A stretch of 61,570 nt of DNA, counting the filler, from Candidatus Tectimicrobiota bacterium (GTDB lineage: Bacteria; JACPSX01): assembly GCA_016193065.1 (NCBI GenBank). It is 6 parts of 6 records of this genome, joined end to end, with 100 filler letters (N's around TTAATTAATTAA, not from the genome) between each part and the next. Parts side by side here need not be neighbours in the genome. Positions count along the whole stretch, not along the records: positions 58,447 to 61,570 come from JACPSX010000273.1; 5 more parts are not named here. One strand, 5' to 3'. Below the pieces are notes generated by a model. It saw nothing but the letters and a program-made list of their open reading frames with translations. It searched no databases and was not told the origin of the DNA. Position 1 is the stretch's first letter. Each line of letters starts with the position of its first letter. Shown here piece after piece: positions 61,048 to 61,570 of the stretch. The translations under genes and the position numbers were made by a program.

Positions 61048-61570
61048 GCTTTGACGAACCGGCAGGCCATGAACAGGGAGTAGCGCGGCGAGCAAACCCT
61101 CGGAAACCTCCTCGTGCCCTCCAGGCGAAAGCGCTCCGAGACGCAGCCTATGATCTGCTTCCAATCCCAGCGGTGGACGTCCTCCGGGAGCGGAGTGCGC
61201 GCCAACCGGTAGCCCAGCTTGCTGATCGGATTGACCACGGGGATTCCCAGCAACACGCTCCCGCCGCGCTTCACGCAGCGATGCAGCTCTGCGACGGCCG
61301 CGGGGAGGTCGTCCACGAACTCCAGAACGCTCACGCAAACGATCCGGTCAAAGAAGTTTCCCGCAAACGGCAGATGGGTGATGCTGTTCCGGCAAAGCTT
61401 CCCTTGAATCCCCTCTTTTCTCATCATCGCCCGCACCCGGGTCAGGTGGTCGTGCATGTCGAAGGCGATCAGTTCCTCGCAGCGCCTGGACAGCTCGGGC
61501 AGGAAAACCCCTCCCCCGCATCCCGCGTCGAGCAGGGTCCGGGACCGGCCGGACCCCATCAGTTGCAGGA
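61044..61570 (-). CDS. Class I SAM-dependent methyltransferase (start possibly beyond window)
   Basis: LLDAGCGGG, LPF...FD, VLE motifs. Confidence 0.88.
   Translation of the reverse strand, partial: LQLMGSGRSRTLLDAGCGGGVFLPELSRRCEELIAFDMHDHLTRVRAMMRKEGIQGKLCRNSITHLPFAGNFFDRIVCVSVLEFVDDLPAAVAELHRCVKRGGSVLLGIPVVNPISKLGYRLARTPLPEDVHRWDWKQIIGCVSERFRLEGTRRFPRVCSPRYSLFMACRFVKA

Noticed and set aside
1-61570. CRISPR array, tRNA (including tRNA-Sec), rRNA, intact transposase or integrase
   Set aside because: None recognised by eye; tRNAscan-SE and CRISPR finders were not run.

Overview
The window is six bacterial contig fragments joined by artificial 100-nt N/TTAATTAATTAA spacers (17288-17387, 29979-30078, 36656-36755, 55103-55202, 58347-58446), so adjacency across spacers is meaningless. 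The organism is GC-rich and diderm (AsmA, CcmF, sigma-54 promoters). Contig 1 is the most interesting part. It holds a CopA/YHS/Spy-ZraP-like copper operon, two toxin-antitoxin pairs, bacterioferritin, a probable type III R-M relic cut by a TGTCACA-ended element, a ccmF-ccmH-ccmI-like operon, and a divergent operon whose TlpA-like gene reads through an in-frame UGA (UHSC motif) followed by a SECIS-like hairpin. The copper and ccm operons share the same sigma-54 promoter plus paired-enhancer layout, suggesting one regulon. Contig 2 carries asmA, an M16 peptidase pair, polA (internal frameshifting deletion), a beta-hydroxyacid dehydrogenase, rnr, coaD and a class I aminotransferase. Contig 3 carries a SenA/EgtB-like enzyme, a YPC-type P1B ATPase and a glutaredoxin-TrxB fusion. 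Contig 4 carries a NitT/TauT ABC system, a structured intergenic region, an uncalled 25-aa Lys/Ala-rich peptide gene and the S10-spc-alpha ribosomal cluster without rplC. Contigs 5-6 carry another NitT/TauT ABC system and glycosylation genes. Four clean deletions (hepT, polA, an ABC ATPase, rplC) may be assembly errors. No CRISPR, tRNA or rRNA was seen. Family calls come from motif recognition only; no searches were run.
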